Shown in pieces: positions 8,066 through 18,364 of a stretch of 32,000 bases of DNA (its first letter is position 1; each line of letters starts with the position of its first letter). A model generated the notes under the pieces. The model was given only the letters and a program-made list of their open reading frames with translations, did no database searches and had not been told where the DNA came from. Made by a program: the position numbers and the translations under genes. The DNA comes from Legionellales bacterium (lineage in GTDB: Bacteria; Pseudomonadota; Gammaproteobacteria; Berkiellales; Berkiellaceae), in assembly GCA_002708265.1 (NCBI GenBank), contig PANA01000005.1:208216-240215 (forward strand), in the 5' to 3' direction.

Positions 8066-10828
8066 ATGTATACAGCAGACTCTTTTCATAAAGATTTCAG
8101 GGGGTTACCCTCTGATGATCGAGCGACCGTTAAAGTTGCTGTAGAAAATAATGAAGTAGATACCATCCACTTTTTTAATGCTGGGGCTGAAACAGTTCCA
8201 GGTCGCACCATTCGTACTTGGCCGTTCAAAAATCCTGATTATGTGATTGAAAGCACCTCTAAAAGGACTGCGCATGCGCTTAAAATGTTTGGACTGGCAA
8301 GAGGCCAAACGCCAGCAGCGATAGCAATAGCCGACTTAGGGGACTACCTACGCAAAGTCATGACGGTGAGAACTCTAGCGGCTCTTCCGACAACAACGCA
8401 ACATAAAGTAAGAGCAGTCCGCCATGCTCAGAAAAGACTCCTTGAAATCGAGCAAAAAGAATTAGCATTGCTGCCTGGTGACTCAATTGGCCAAGAAGCT
8501 CTACGAAATGAAGTTCTAGAGATTTTAGATGATTTAAATAAAGATAATCACAACATTAGTTACAGCTTCTTCCACTCAGAAGGTCGACTGGGAAAAGTTG
8601 TAGACAGTTTACGCTATCGTATGGAAACATTTAGATTTCCAGTCAGTGGATATTGTAGAACCGATCAAATTCATCCTGAAGATGCAGAAGACGGAAAACC
8701 ATTTTTCTTTAAGTTAAGTAGTCATGGAAAGGGGCCACATGAAACAGTTGCATTCATGCAGTGGTTATATCATCAAAGACGAACAGCCGAACTACCCGGC
8801 TATCGCAACCCTATCCAAAGAGGATTCGATCGCTTATTGCAAGTCTTAAACATTCGCAGAATGCGCTTTCAACCTGATAAGAAAATTAACCCTGATTTAG
8901 ATAAGCTTTATACTACCCAAAAGAAATTTACAACTAGTTTTCTAACAAGGGTTGCTCGAAACTTAAGTAAGTTTTTAATTGGTGTTCCTACCTCAATCAC
9001 GATGGGTATCGCTGATGGCTTTAACTTCCTGCGGCAAGAGTACCTAGATTTTAAAAACTGTCATTTTGAAAGTGCGATCAATCAACGAGAAAAAAATGCT
9101 CTAAAGAAACTGGCTAAAAAAGACATTGAAGAGCAACAGCTACTAAGTGAGTCAAACAGTGACTCTTCTCAAGCCAAACCTGATTACATGGTCTTAGCAC
9201 CAGAACGAGCACTAAGCACTCTAGAGCACGACAATATTTTTGCTAATTTGCTTATGCCCGCTCGAAGAATGTTAGAAATGAACCAAGAGTTTGTTCTGCA
9301 AAACCCAACCATCTATGCCACTCTTGTTTGTCTTGGCGTTGTCCCTGCTATCTCTGTTCTATTGCCTTTTGACATGATTGGCATCTTAAAGGCTAGCGGT
9401 GGAAAATCTTTCGCCGGATCACAGGCCTTTGCACAATTATCAGTTCTAAACCATGCAGGTGCCGCTCAGAACATTCATGCCTTGCATAGAGGACATTCAA
9501 CTCGCACCTTACGCGCATTAGATACCGTATCTAGTGAAATCAAAGCATCCGGAGCAACGGGTTCTATCGTCAGTGCTTTAGCTTCTGGTGGGGTTGGAAA
9601 TTACTTTGAAGCGCTCGACAAAAATCTAGAAGACCCATTCGCATTTGCTGACTACATATTAACCATGACCTCTATTGGTTTAAATCAAAGGGCCATGTCT
9701 AACCATGCATACCGAATAAATGCATCACTTAGAACGGCATTAATGGCTGAAACTATCGCCTTTCGAGGCTACAACGTCTATCCCAATGTTAGATCTATTG
9801 TCTCTTCTGCACTTAGGTTTCCTTTTCAATTTGTCAGCACAACGGCAAGACTGATTGCTAGCGCAGGACTTGCGCTAACGGGTAAGACAGAGGCATTTAC
9901 ATTTGAGCTTAAAGAGGCCGGTAAGAAGATTGTCAGCTCAGCCTATGCAGGAATGAGCTTTGTTTCGGGTTTAGCCAAATTTACCTGGCGAACCCTTAAT
10001 TATGTTCCAAAGTTGGCGAATGAACTTCTCTTGACTGTTCCCTCACGTATTATTGGTACTGCTGGTGATATGCTTCATACAATTGGTGACGTAGGACGAA
10101 AAGCCCATCAAGCAATCATGAAGAAAAGCCAGTTCCTTGGCGGCCTTACTGCCCTGCCCTTACGATTGCCAGCCGAAATAATGCGGGGCGCAGGGAGCCT
10201 AATGGTTGGTGTTGCAAAAGGATTGAAACGCGCTAAAAACTGGTTTAGACGTAATTGGGATAAAGCAATATTTAGGCCTGGTAACTCACTATTAAACCGC
10301 TTTAGTAATTCAATTGATCGTTTATTTAATCCAGAGCACCCTGTGAACAAAGCAACTGAGCAAATCGATAAGCTTAAAGCATTACGGAAAGACATCATTG
10401 AAAAAGATGGCGGCAACGCCCCCGTTATTCAATTATTAGATCGACTGATTCGTGGACTAGATGAGTATCGAAAAGCTATTAAAAGTGGGAAAAACTCCTA
10501 TAAACACCCCGACCTAAAGAAGACCCTACAAGCCTCTATGTTGCAAGCGGCTTCTTTATGCCAAAAACAAGCATTAGCTGAAGTACTAGAACAAGTACAT
10601 AGCCCAGAAGCCTCAGGTCCTGCAGTCACTGAACTGAAAGAAGCGCTTGAGGCACTAGAGCCCCTTAGAAAAGAACAAGAGATTTCTGCTAGCCCACTGG
10701 CCTCTCATGCCTCTTGTGACTTACTGTTTGATGAAATAAGTCACAAGAAACATACCGAAAATCCAAGCAGTAGACCACGGCTAAGACCAGATAATCATGG
10801 TGGCAGTCAAAGCCACCCTCACCTTTAG
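8066..10828 (+). CDS. hypothetical 920-aa protein with a central hydrophobic, Gly/Ala/Ser-rich helical region and a C-terminal coiled-coil-like region; no family recognised
   Basis: An uninterrupted 2.76-kb ORF starts at ATG and is the only long ORF in this stretch. A hydrophobic hairpin-like segment (TIYATLVCLGVVPAISVLLPFDMIGIL) lies at about nt 9307..9390. It is followed by repeated small-residue helices (GATGSIVSALASGGVGNY, RLIASAGLALTG, GAGSLMVGVAKGL). No catalytic motif was recognised. Confidence 0.7.
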   Translation: MYTADSFHKDFRGLPSDDRATVKVAVENNEVDTIHFFNAGAETVPGRTIRTWPFKNPDYVIESTSKRTAHALKMFGLARGQTPAAIAIADLGDYLRKVMTVRTLAALPTTTQHKVRAVRHAQKRLLEIEQKELALLPGDSIGQEALRNEVLEILDDLNKDNHNISYSFFHSEGRLGKVVDSLRYRMETFRFPVSGYCRTDQIHPEDAEDGKPFFFKLSSHGKGPHETVAFMQWLYHQRRTAELPGYRNPIQRGFDRLLQVLNIRRMRFQPDKKINPDLDKLYTTQKKFTTSFLTRVARNLSKFLIGVPTSITMGIADGFNFLRQEYLDFKNCHFESAINQREKNALKKLAKKDIEEQQLLSESNSDSSQAKPDYMVLAPERALSTLEHDNIFANLLMPARRMLEMNQEFVLQNPTIYATLVCLGVVPAISVLLPFDMIGILKASGGKSFAGSQAFAQLSVLNHAGAAQNIHALHRGHSTRTLRALDTVSSEIKASGATGSIVSALASGGVGNYFEALDKNLEDPFAFADYILTMTSIGLNQRAMSNHAYRINASLRTALMAETIAFRGYNVYPNVRSIVSSALRFPFQFVSTTARLIASAGLALTGKTEAFTFELKEAGKKIVSSAYAGMSFVSGLAKFTWRTLNYVPKLANELLLTVPSRIIGTAGDMLHTIGDVGRKAHQAIMKKSQFLGGLTALPLRLPAEIMRGAGSLMVGVAKGLKRAKNWFRRNWDKAIFRPGNSLLNRFSNSIDRLFNPEHPVNKATEQIDKLKALRKDIIEKDGGNAPVIQLLDRLIRGLDEYRKAIKSGKNSYKHPDLKKTLQASMLQAASLCQKQALAEVLEQVHSPEASGPAVTELKEALEALEPLRKEQEISASPLASHASCDLLFDEISHKKHTENPSSRPRLRPDNHGGSQSHPHL

Positions 10829-13440
10829 TCGCTCACCGTCTTTGAAATTATCTCAAATGTATCATTAGAGAGCTTTTGCTCATCCAACAGACGTTTTAGA
10901 ATCACTTTAACTTTAGCTTGTCGAGATTCATCTAAACGACGCCATGTAGAAAAAGCAGATGCTAAGCGTGCAGCCACTTGGGGATTAAACTTATCAATTG
11001 TTGCAATGTTATCTGCAACCAATTGATACCCCTCTCCACTTTCGGCGTGAAAGTGCCTCTCATTGTGAGCAAAGGTATTCAATAGAGCATATACCTTATT
11101 GGGATTTTGAATTGAAAAGTTTTTGTGTGATAACAAGTTTTTAACTTGATCAATTGTATCATCACGAGTAGAGGATGCCTGTAGGGCAAACCATTTATCC
11201 ATAGCTAACTCATTTGATTGATACTCTTCCAAGAACAGTTCGAGCAGCTGTTTTCTGACTTCATGATGAGAGTTATTAACAGCATTGAGAGCCCCCATTT
11301 TTTCCGTCATGTTATAGGCATTCTGATATTGATTTAAAGCCTGTTCTGCACCGGCATTTTCATCACAACGCATTAGGTGCCCTAAACTTACATTAGCCAT
11401 TTGTCGATTGCCAGAAGCTGACTGTGAAATATCATCCTTCCTCGCAGCATAGTGTTCAGCATAAAGAACCTTCCAGTCATCACACAACTTGGCCGAGAAA
11501 AATTTTGTGAAATAATCATAGACTTCCCACAGCACGGTCTGAGTCACATTAGGAAGGGCTTGAGTGGCAACCCCAAAGGTCGGCAGCGTTAGCAATAAAG
11601 CTTTAAAGTTCAAGTCATCAAAACTCTCTGCCACGACGGGCTCAAAGTCAGAAAACACTTCACTGTCCAGAAGCATCGCCTTCTTATTTGTGCGTTGTTT
11701 TGCCAAATGCTCAATCGTTTCAATAATCATTTTTTGAGCAGCATTCCAGCGAGTAAATGGGTCGCTTGAGTGTTTAAGCATCACGCCATACTCATGATTA
11801 TGATAGGGGTATGAAAATTTGACTGGCGCACTGAAATCACTAAACAGTGCAGGAATAGGTCTTTCTTTTATCCCATCGAATGTGAAGGTTTGATCTTCTT
11901 TGGTTATCTCAAGAACAGACTCCTTAAAAAGAACACTTCCATCATCCGCTAAAAGCTCTACCTTCATCGGAATAACAACTGGTTCTTTAGGCGTCTTATC
12001 CCCTACGGCCGGTCGATATGATTGTTTAGTGTGCAACTGGTACTTGTTCGCTTGTGCATTCCAATGCCCTGTTACCTGAACATTAGGGGTTCCGGCTTGT
12101 CGGTACCATCTTGAAAATTGTGACAGGTCCTTTTCATTAGCATCAGCATGGGCTTTTAAAAAGTCTTCCGTCGTTACGGCTTGACCATCGTGCCTTTCAA
12201 AATAAGTCTTCATTCCATTTTTGAAGCCTTTGTCACCTAGCAGCGTGTGAAGCATTCGAATAACTTCGCAACCTTTTTCATAAACAGTAAGCGTATAAAA
12301 GTTATTTATTTCGATATAAGTCTCTGGTCGTATTGGATGACTTAATGGGCTACTATCTTCAGCAAACTGTCGTGTTTGCATTAAATTCGCCTGTTCTATT
12401 CGATTAACACCAGGTGACCCACAATAATCAGAAAACTGCTGTTCTCTAAAGACAGTTAACCCTTCTTTCAAACTAAGTTGAAACCAGTCTCTGCAGGTGA
12501 CTCGGTTTCCACTCCAGTTATGAAAATATTCATGCCCTATAACAGCTTCAATTAACTGATAGTCCTTATCCGTAGCCGTTTGGGGGTCAGCGAGAATATA
12601 TTTCGTGTTGAATATATTCAATCCCTTGTTTTCCATTGCCCCCATATTGAAGTCACTTACCGCCACAACCATGTAAATATCTAGGTCATACTCCAAACCA
12701 TAGGTATCTTCATCCCACTTCATAGCTTTCTTTAAAGCTTCAATCGCGTGACCACACCGATTTTTATCTTCAGGCCGAACATAAAAAGCCAACTCAATAT
12801 TTCGACCACTTTTTGTTTGAAAACTGTCTTTAACTTCAGCCAATGGACCGGCAACAAGGGCAAAAAGATAGCTTGGCTTCTTAAAAGGGTCCTTCCAAGT
12901 TACTTGATGCATTCCACCATCAAGTTTTTTATGTTCGATCGGGTTACCGTTTGAAAGCATCACCGGATATTCTTTTTCAGATGCTCTTATAGTTGTCGTG
13001 AAGGTAGATAAAACATCTGGACGGTCTGGATAGAAGGTTATTCGTCGAAAACCCTGTGATTCACATTGAGTACAGTACATATCTTTTGACATATACAGAC
13101 CTGAAAGCGCTTTGTTTGCTTCTGGGCTAAAGTGATTAACAACTGTTAATTCAAACTTATCAGGGTATTCACTTAGCTCTAAACCTTTATCAGTTAGTTG
13201 ATACGCATTTTTATCGAGTATTTTGCCATCAATTAAAATTTCATCAAGAACAATAGAATCTGCATGTAAAAGAATGGGACTTTTGTCTTTACCATGCATC
13301 TTAAACTGCATCTTGTTTATCACTTTTGTCGATTTAGGATCTAGCGTGATATCTAAATCAACTTTAACCACCTCATAATGAGGTGCAACGTAATCTTTCA
13401 AATGGATAGCTTGTGGCGTAACAGCTGCATCAATCATCAT
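10825..13440 (-). CDS. pepN: aminopeptidase N (M1 family)
   Basis: It has GAMEN and HEYFHNWSGNRVT...WFQLSLKEGLTVF motifs. The 871-aa product is collinear with remembered E. coli PepN along its whole length. Confidence 0.95.
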   Translation of the reverse strand: MMIDAAVTPQAIHLKDYVAPHYEVVKVDLDITLDPKSTKVINKMQFKMHGKDKSPILLHADSIVLDEILIDGKILDKNAYQLTDKGLELSEYPDKFELTVVNHFSPEANKALSGLYMSKDMYCTQCESQGFRRITFYPDRPDVLSTFTTTIRASEKEYPVMLSNGNPIEHKKLDGGMHQVTWKDPFKKPSYLFALVAGPLAEVKDSFQTKSGRNIELAFYVRPEDKNRCGHAIEALKKAMKWDEDTYGLEYDLDIYMVVAVSDFNMGAMENKGLNIFNTKYILADPQTATDKDYQLIEAVIGHEYFHNWSGNRVTCRDWFQLSLKEGLTVFREQQFSDYCGSPGVNRIEQANLMQTRQFAEDSSPLSHPIRPETYIEINNFYTLTVYEKGCEVIRMLHTLLGDKGFKNGMKTYFERHDGQAVTTEDFLKAHADANEKDLSQFSRWYRQAGTPNVQVTGHWNAQANKYQLHTKQSYRPAVGDKTPKEPVVIPMKVELLADDGSVLFKESVLEITKEDQTFTFDGIKERPIPALFSDFSAPVKFSYPYHNHEYGVMLKHSSDPFTRWNAAQKMIIETIEHLAKQRTNKKAMLLDSEVFSDFEPVVAESFDDLNFKALLLTLPTFGVATQALPNVTQTVLWEVYDYFTKFFSAKLCDDWKVLYAEHYAARKDDISQSASGNRQMANVSLGHLMRCDENAGAEQALNQYQNAYNMTEKMGALNAVNNSHHEVRKQLLELFLEEYQSNELAMDKWFALQASSTRDDTIDQVKNLLSHKNFSIQNPNKVYALLNTFAHNERHFHAESGEGYQLVADNIATIDKFNPQVAARLASAFSTWRRLDESRQAKVKVILKRLLDEQKLSNDTFEIISKTVSD

Positions 13441-13571
13441 TTAACCCCTAGGGAAATTTAATATTGGCTAAGTGTATCTCATTGTAGAATCAAGAAAAAC
13501 ACTTGCTATGCTGTTTAGGCACCCCTTAGAATGATAGTAAGAGTTAGTAGTACAGCAGGGAGCTTACCTCT

Positions 13572-15500
13572 ATGGGTTTATTAGATGGAATGCAGGAGCG
13601 ATACGCTTCACGTTTTGGGGATACTGAAGAACTAACACTTCAAGAGTATCTAGAATTATGTAAAAAAGACAAAATGGCTTATGCCAATCCAGCTGAGCGT
13701 ATCTTACAAGCAATTGGTGAGCCAACAGATATCGATACGAGCAAAGACCCACGATTAGCACAGATCTTTCAAAATAAAATCATTCGTTCCTATGAAGCCT
13801 TTAAGGGCTTTTACGGCATGGAAGAAGCGATCGAACAAATTGTTTCATTTTTCCGTCATGCTGCTCAAGGACTTGAAGAACGCAAGCAAGTTTTATATTT
13901 GTTAGGACCTGTTGGTGGTGGTAAGTCTTCTTTGGCGGAGAAGTTAAAAGAGTTGATGGAGAAAGTTCCTTTCTATGCAATAAAGGGCTCTCCCGTCTTT
14001 GATAATCCTCTTAACCTTTTTGACCCTCAAGAAGATGGTCACATCTTAGAAGAAGAGTTTAATATCCCTAAACGTTACATTCGCGGCGTACTTTCACCAT
14101 GGGCAGTTAAACGACTGTCAGAGTTTAATGGCGATGTAAACCAATTCAAAGTTGTTAAACTTTGGCCTTCTCGCCTCAAACAGTTGGGTATTGCTAAAAC
14201 TGAACCTGGTGACGAAAACAACCAAGATATCTCATCTTTAGTTGGTAAGGTGGATATTCGGATGCTTGAGCGATTTGCACAAGATGATGCTGATGCTTAC
14301 AGCTATTCTGGTGGGTTATGCCGAGCTAACCGCGGTTTACTTGAATTTGTTGAGATGTTTAAAGCGCCAATTAAGGTTTTGCACCCTCTGCTAACAGCAA
14401 CGCAGGAAGGGAACTACAATGGAACCGAAGGCACCTCATCACTTCCGTTTGATGGCATCATTCTAGCGCACTCTAACGAAAGTGAGTGGCAGACATTTAA
14501 GAATAACAAGCACAACGAAGCCTTTTTAGATCGGGTTTATATCATCAAGGTACCCTACTGCTTAAGGGTTACTGAGGAAGTGAAGATATATCAAAAGCTT
14601 TTGAAAAACAGTTCTTTATCAAAAGCACCTTGTGCACCAGGCACTTTAGAAATGATGGCTCAATTTTCAGTTTTATCACGAATAAAAGAACCTGAAAATT
14701 CCAGTATATATTCTAAAATGCGAGTATATGATGGACAAAACCTCAAAGATACCGATCCCAAAGCCAAATCCTACCAAGAGTATCGGGACTTTGCCGGTGT
14801 TGATGAAGGGATGGAAGGTCTTTCTACTCGGTTTGCTTTCAAAATTCTATCAAGGGTGTTCAATTTTGATGGCGCTGAAATAGCCGCTAACCCAGTTCAC
14901 TTGTTATACGTACTTGAACAGCAAATAGAACGTGAGCAGTTTTCACAAGAAATACATGACAGATATATTTCTTTCCTTAAAGGCTTCTTGTCTCCTCGCT
15001 ACGTCGAGTTTATAGGTAAAGAAATCCAAACTGCTTATCTGGAATCTTATTCTGAGTATGGACAGAATATTTTCGACCGATATGTTACTTATGCTGATTT
15101 TTGGATACAGGACCAAGATTATAGAGATCCTGACACAGGTGAACTTTTCGACAGACAAGCACTTAACGAAGAGCTTGAAAAAATTGAAAAGCCAGCTGGC
15201 ATAAGCAATCCAAAAGACTTTAGAAATGAGATAGTAAACTTTGTTTTACGTGCGAGAGCCTCTCATGGTGGCAAAAATCCTGACTGGACTAGCTACGAAA
15301 AACTACGGGTCGTTATTGAGAAAAAAATGTTCTCGAACACTGAAGATTTACTTCCCGTGGTTTCCTTTAATACTAAATCCAGTGCGGATGAACAGAAAAA
15401 GCATGAGGACTTTGTCGCTCGCATGATGGAAAAAGGTTACACACGCAAGCAAATTCGACTGTTATGTGAATGGTACCTACGGGTACGTAAGTCTTCTTAA
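13572..15500 (+). CDS. yeaG: PrkA/YeaG family serine protein kinase (AAA-type P-loop)
   Basis: The N-terminus (LTLQEYLELCKKDKMAYANPAERIL) and Walker A (LLGPVGGGKSS) match E. coli YeaG. It is 642 aa against about 644 aa in E. coli. Confidence 0.92.
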   Translation: MGLLDGMQERYASRFGDTEELTLQEYLELCKKDKMAYANPAERILQAIGEPTDIDTSKDPRLAQIFQNKIIRSYEAFKGFYGMEEAIEQIVSFFRHAAQGLEERKQVLYLLGPVGGGKSSLAEKLKELMEKVPFYAIKGSPVFDNPLNLFDPQEDGHILEEEFNIPKRYIRGVLSPWAVKRLSEFNGDVNQFKVVKLWPSRLKQLGIAKTEPGDENNQDISSLVGKVDIRMLERFAQDDADAYSYSGGLCRANRGLLEFVEMFKAPIKVLHPLLTATQEGNYNGTEGTSSLPFDGIILAHSNESEWQTFKNNKHNEAFLDRVYIIKVPYCLRVTEEVKIYQKLLKNSSLSKAPCAPGTLEMMAQFSVLSRIKEPENSSIYSKMRVYDGQNLKDTDPKAKSYQEYRDFAGVDEGMEGLSTRFAFKILSRVFNFDGAEIAANPVHLLYVLEQQIEREQFSQEIHDRYISFLKGFLSPRYVEFIGKEIQTAYLESYSEYGQNIFDRYVTYADFWIQDQDYRDPDTGELFDRQALNEELEKIEKPAGISNPKDFRNEIVNFVLRARASHGGKNPDWTSYEKLRVVIEKKMFSNTEDLLPVVSFNTKSSADEQKKHEDFVARMMEKGYTRKQIRLLCEWYLRVRKSS

Positions 15501-15509
15501 GGAGACCCT

Positions 15510-16772
15510 ATGCCTGCAGATCGCTTTATTGATCGGCGTCCTCAAGGACGAAACAAGAGTGCTGTCAATCGTCAACGATTTATGCGGCGATACAAGAAGC
15601 AAATACGTGATGCTGTTCGAAAAGCGATCTCTGGCAGAAGTATTACTGAAGTGGATGAACATGGTGAGACCATCACCATTCCAACTAAGGACATCTCTGA
15701 GCCCCAGTTCCATTATGGACAAGGGGGTGATCGCGATATTATTCTTCCAGGAAATAAAGAATTCTCAACGGGTGACCAAATACAGCGCCCTCCTCAGGGC
15801 GGTGGCAAAGGAGAAGGAAATCAAGCTAGTGACTCTGGAGAGGGTGATGATGACTTTGTTTTTCACCTGTCAAGAGATGAGTTCCTAGAAGTCTTTTTTG
15901 AAGATTTGGCGTTACCGAACCTACTTAAAACCAAACTCGCTAAAATGGTGACGATGAAGACCGTTCGGGCTGGATTTACTTCAGACGGTGTACCAAGCAA
16001 TATAAATGTTGTGCGGTCACTACGAGGCGCAATGGGACGTCGACTCGCCATACAGGGCCCATTGAAAAGAGAGCTGGCGGATTTAGAGGCTCAGCTTCCT
16101 TCCTGCACGGAGTCCAAACGCCCACAGCTATTAGAAGAAATTGAGACACTTAAACGACGAATAAGCTCTGTCCCTTTTATTGATCCGTTTGATTTAAGAT
16201 ATAACAACCGTGTTAAGCGCCCCCAACCTTCAACACAAGCCGTTATGTTTTGTCTTATGGATGTCTCAGGCTCCATGGATGAAACAAAAAAAGACATAGC
16301 TAAGCGATTTTTTATTCTTTTGTATTTATTCTTATCAAGAACATACGAAAATGTAGAGCTGGTGTTTATCCGACATCATACCTCGGCTAAAGAGGTCAAC
16401 GAAAATGACTTTTTCTACTCCCGCGAAACGGGGGGAACAGTTGTATCAAGTGCCTTAGAAAAGATGGTTGAAGTTATGCAAGATCGCTACCCTACTTCTG
16501 ATTGGAATATCTATGCTGCTCAAGCGTCAGATGGGGATAACTGGAACAATGATTCACCCCGATGTAGAGATCTATTGGTAAACAGCATACTCCCGCATGT
16601 TCAATATTTCTCATATGTTGAGATATTACCGAGACATCATCAAAGTCTATGGGAAGCCTACTTAGATGTCAGTGCCACCTGTGATAACTTTGCGATGCAG
16701 AATATCGAGAACACACAAGATATCTATCCTGTGTTTCGTGAACTATTTAAGCAGCCCTCTGAGACGGTTTAA
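15510..16772 (+). CDS. yeaH: YeaH/DUF444 family protein (vWA-like), PrkA partner
   Basis: It closely matches remembered E. coli YeaH (FIDRR..GRNKS.VNRQRF.RRYK; [16 protein letters not shown]; [13 protein letters not shown]; IYPVFRELF). A GGAGA SD lies 9 nt after the prkA stop. Confidence 0.9.
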   Translation: MPADRFIDRRPQGRNKSAVNRQRFMRRYKKQIRDAVRKAISGRSITEVDEHGETITIPTKDISEPQFHYGQGGDRDIILPGNKEFSTGDQIQRPPQGGGKGEGNQASDSGEGDDDFVFHLSRDEFLEVFFEDLALPNLLKTKLAKMVTMKTVRAGFTSDGVPSNINVVRSLRGAMGRRLAIQGPLKRELADLEAQLPSCTESKRPQLLEEIETLKRRISSVPFIDPFDLRYNNRVKRPQPSTQAVMFCLMDVSGSMDETKKDIAKRFFILLYLFLSRTYENVELVFIRHHTSAKEVNENDFFYSRETGGTVVSSALEKMVEVMQDRYPTSDWNIYAAQASDGDNWNNDSPRCRDLLVNSILPHVQYFSYVEILPRHHQSLWEAYLDVSATCDNFAMQNIENTQDIYPVFRELFKQPSETV

Positions 16773-16780
16773 GGACAGCT

Positions 16781-18364
16781 ATGACCTCCTCATCAAAATT
16801 AATTACTGATAACTCAGAATGGTCATTTGATTTATTAGAGCGTTTCCAAACTGAAATCGCTCGTATCGCTGAAAAATTCAAATTAGATACTTATCCTAAT
16901 CAGATTGAGGTCATTTCATCTGAGCAGATGATGGATGCCTACTCATCAGTGGGTATGCCTGTTGGTTATAATCATTGGTCTTTCGGAAAACAGTTTTTAT
17001 CTGTCGAAAAAAACTATAAGCGTGGCGCAATGGGGCTTGCATACGAGTTGGTAATCAACTCTAACCCTTGTATTTCATATTTAATGGAAGAAAACACACT
17101 GCCAATGCAGGTGCTGGTGATTGCCCACGCTTGCTATGGGCATAACTCCTTTTTTAAAAGTAACTATCTATTTAAGACGTGGACCAATGCTGATTCAATT
17201 ATTGATTACTTAGTTTTTGCTAAAAAATATGTATCAGACTGTGAAGAAGCCCATGGCATTGAGGCGGTAGAAGCGGTTATAGATGCTTGTCACTCAATTA
17301 TGAACCATGGTGTTGACCGATATCGTCGTCCTAAAAACCTTTCACTTTCATCCGAGGAAGCAAGTCAGACAGAAAGGGCTGAATATATACAGCATATGGT
17401 CCAAGACCTGTGGCGAACACTGCCCCGTAAAGACTCTCATGAAAAAGGGGACCATACCGAGCGCTTCCCCAAAGATCCTCAGGAAAATATTTTATACTTT
17501 ATTGAAAAAAATGCCCCTTTGCTTGAAACCTGGCAGCGAGAGTTAGTTAGAATTGTGCGTAAGATGGCGCAATATTTTTACCCACAACGTCAAACCAAGG
17601 TTATGAACGAAGGCTGGGCAACCTTTTGGCATTACACGATTATGCATGAGCTTTATGATGAGGGTCTCATTAGTGAAAAGTTCATGATGGAGTTTTTACA
17701 CAATCATACCAATGTTGTATTTCAGCCAGGGTATGATTCTCAATATTACTCCGGTATCAACCCTTACACATTAGGTTTTGCGATTTTTTCAGACTTACGT
17801 CGCATCTGTGAAAATCCAACGGATGAAGACAAGCAATGGTTTCCTGATATTGCAGGCACTGATTGGCTAACAACCCTTCATTTTGCTATGGAAAACTTTA
17901 AAGATGAGAGTTTCGTAGCGCAATTTTTATCGCCTAAAGTGATTCGTGATTTGAAGTTGTTTTGCATTATGGATGAAGAAGAAAGAGATACTCTGATGGT
18001 TGATGCGATCCACAATGAAGACGGCTATCGTGCAGTACGTCAAGCTTTATCAGAGCAGTATAATATAGGAAACATTGATCCGGACATTCAAGTCTATAAC
18101 GTAGACTTACGTGGAGATCGCTCTCTTACCTTACGGTACCAACAAAATGCAAAGCGCCCTCTTTCTGACGATGCTGAAGAAGTGATAAAGCACATTTATA
18201 GTCTATGGGGCTTCCCTGTTAAATTAGAAATCAAGAAAGCCGATGGTAGTGTTGAAGCGGGGCCCTGCTGTCCCCCAAAGCCTAAGCCAGATCCATCTGA
18301 GAGTCGCTCAGTACCATCAGTGATTACTGGCCCCTCTCAAATAGATACAAGCACTAAGCCTTAA
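16781..18364 (+). CDS. ycgB: SpoVR/YcgB family protein
   Basis: SpoVR-family blocks are present (GLAYELVINSNPCISYLMEEN, VIAHACYGHNSFFK, MNEGWATFWHYTIM). It follows yeaH by 8 nt. It carries an extra Cys/Pro/Ser-rich C-terminal tail (GPCCPPKPKPDPSESRSVPS...). Confidence 0.9.
   Translation: MTSSSKLITDNSEWSFDLLERFQTEIARIAEKFKLDTYPNQIEVISSEQMMDAYSSVGMPVGYNHWSFGKQFLSVEKNYKRGAMGLAYELVINSNPCISYLMEENTLPMQVLVIAHACYGHNSFFKSNYLFKTWTNADSIIDYLVFAKKYVSDCEEAHGIEAVEAVIDACHSIMNHGVDRYRRPKNLSLSSEEASQTERAEYIQHMVQDLWRTLPRKDSHEKGDHTERFPKDPQENILYFIEKNAPLLETWQRELVRIVRKMAQYFYPQRQTKVMNEGWATFWHYTIMHELYDEGLISEKFMMEFLHNHTNVVFQPGYDSQYYSGINPYTLGFAIFSDLRRICENPTDEDKQWFPDIAGTDWLTTLHFAMENFKDESFVAQFLSPKVIRDLKLFCIMDEEERDTLMVDAIHNEDGYRAVRQALSEQYNIGNIDPDIQVYNVDLRGDRSLTLRYQQNAKRPLSDDAEEVIKHIYSLWGFPVKLEIKKADGSVEAGPCCPPKPKPDPSESRSVPSVITGPSQIDTSTKP

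Noticed and set aside
15466-15888. A 140-aa plus-strand ORF overlapping the prkA end and yeaH start, and similar small ORFs in the prkA operon (14943..15158, 15241..15426, 15477..15722, 15863..16051, 16091..16297, 17307..17546).
   Set aside because: They are alternative-frame or antisense ORFs inside genes with strong full-length homology to YeaG, YeaH and YcgB.
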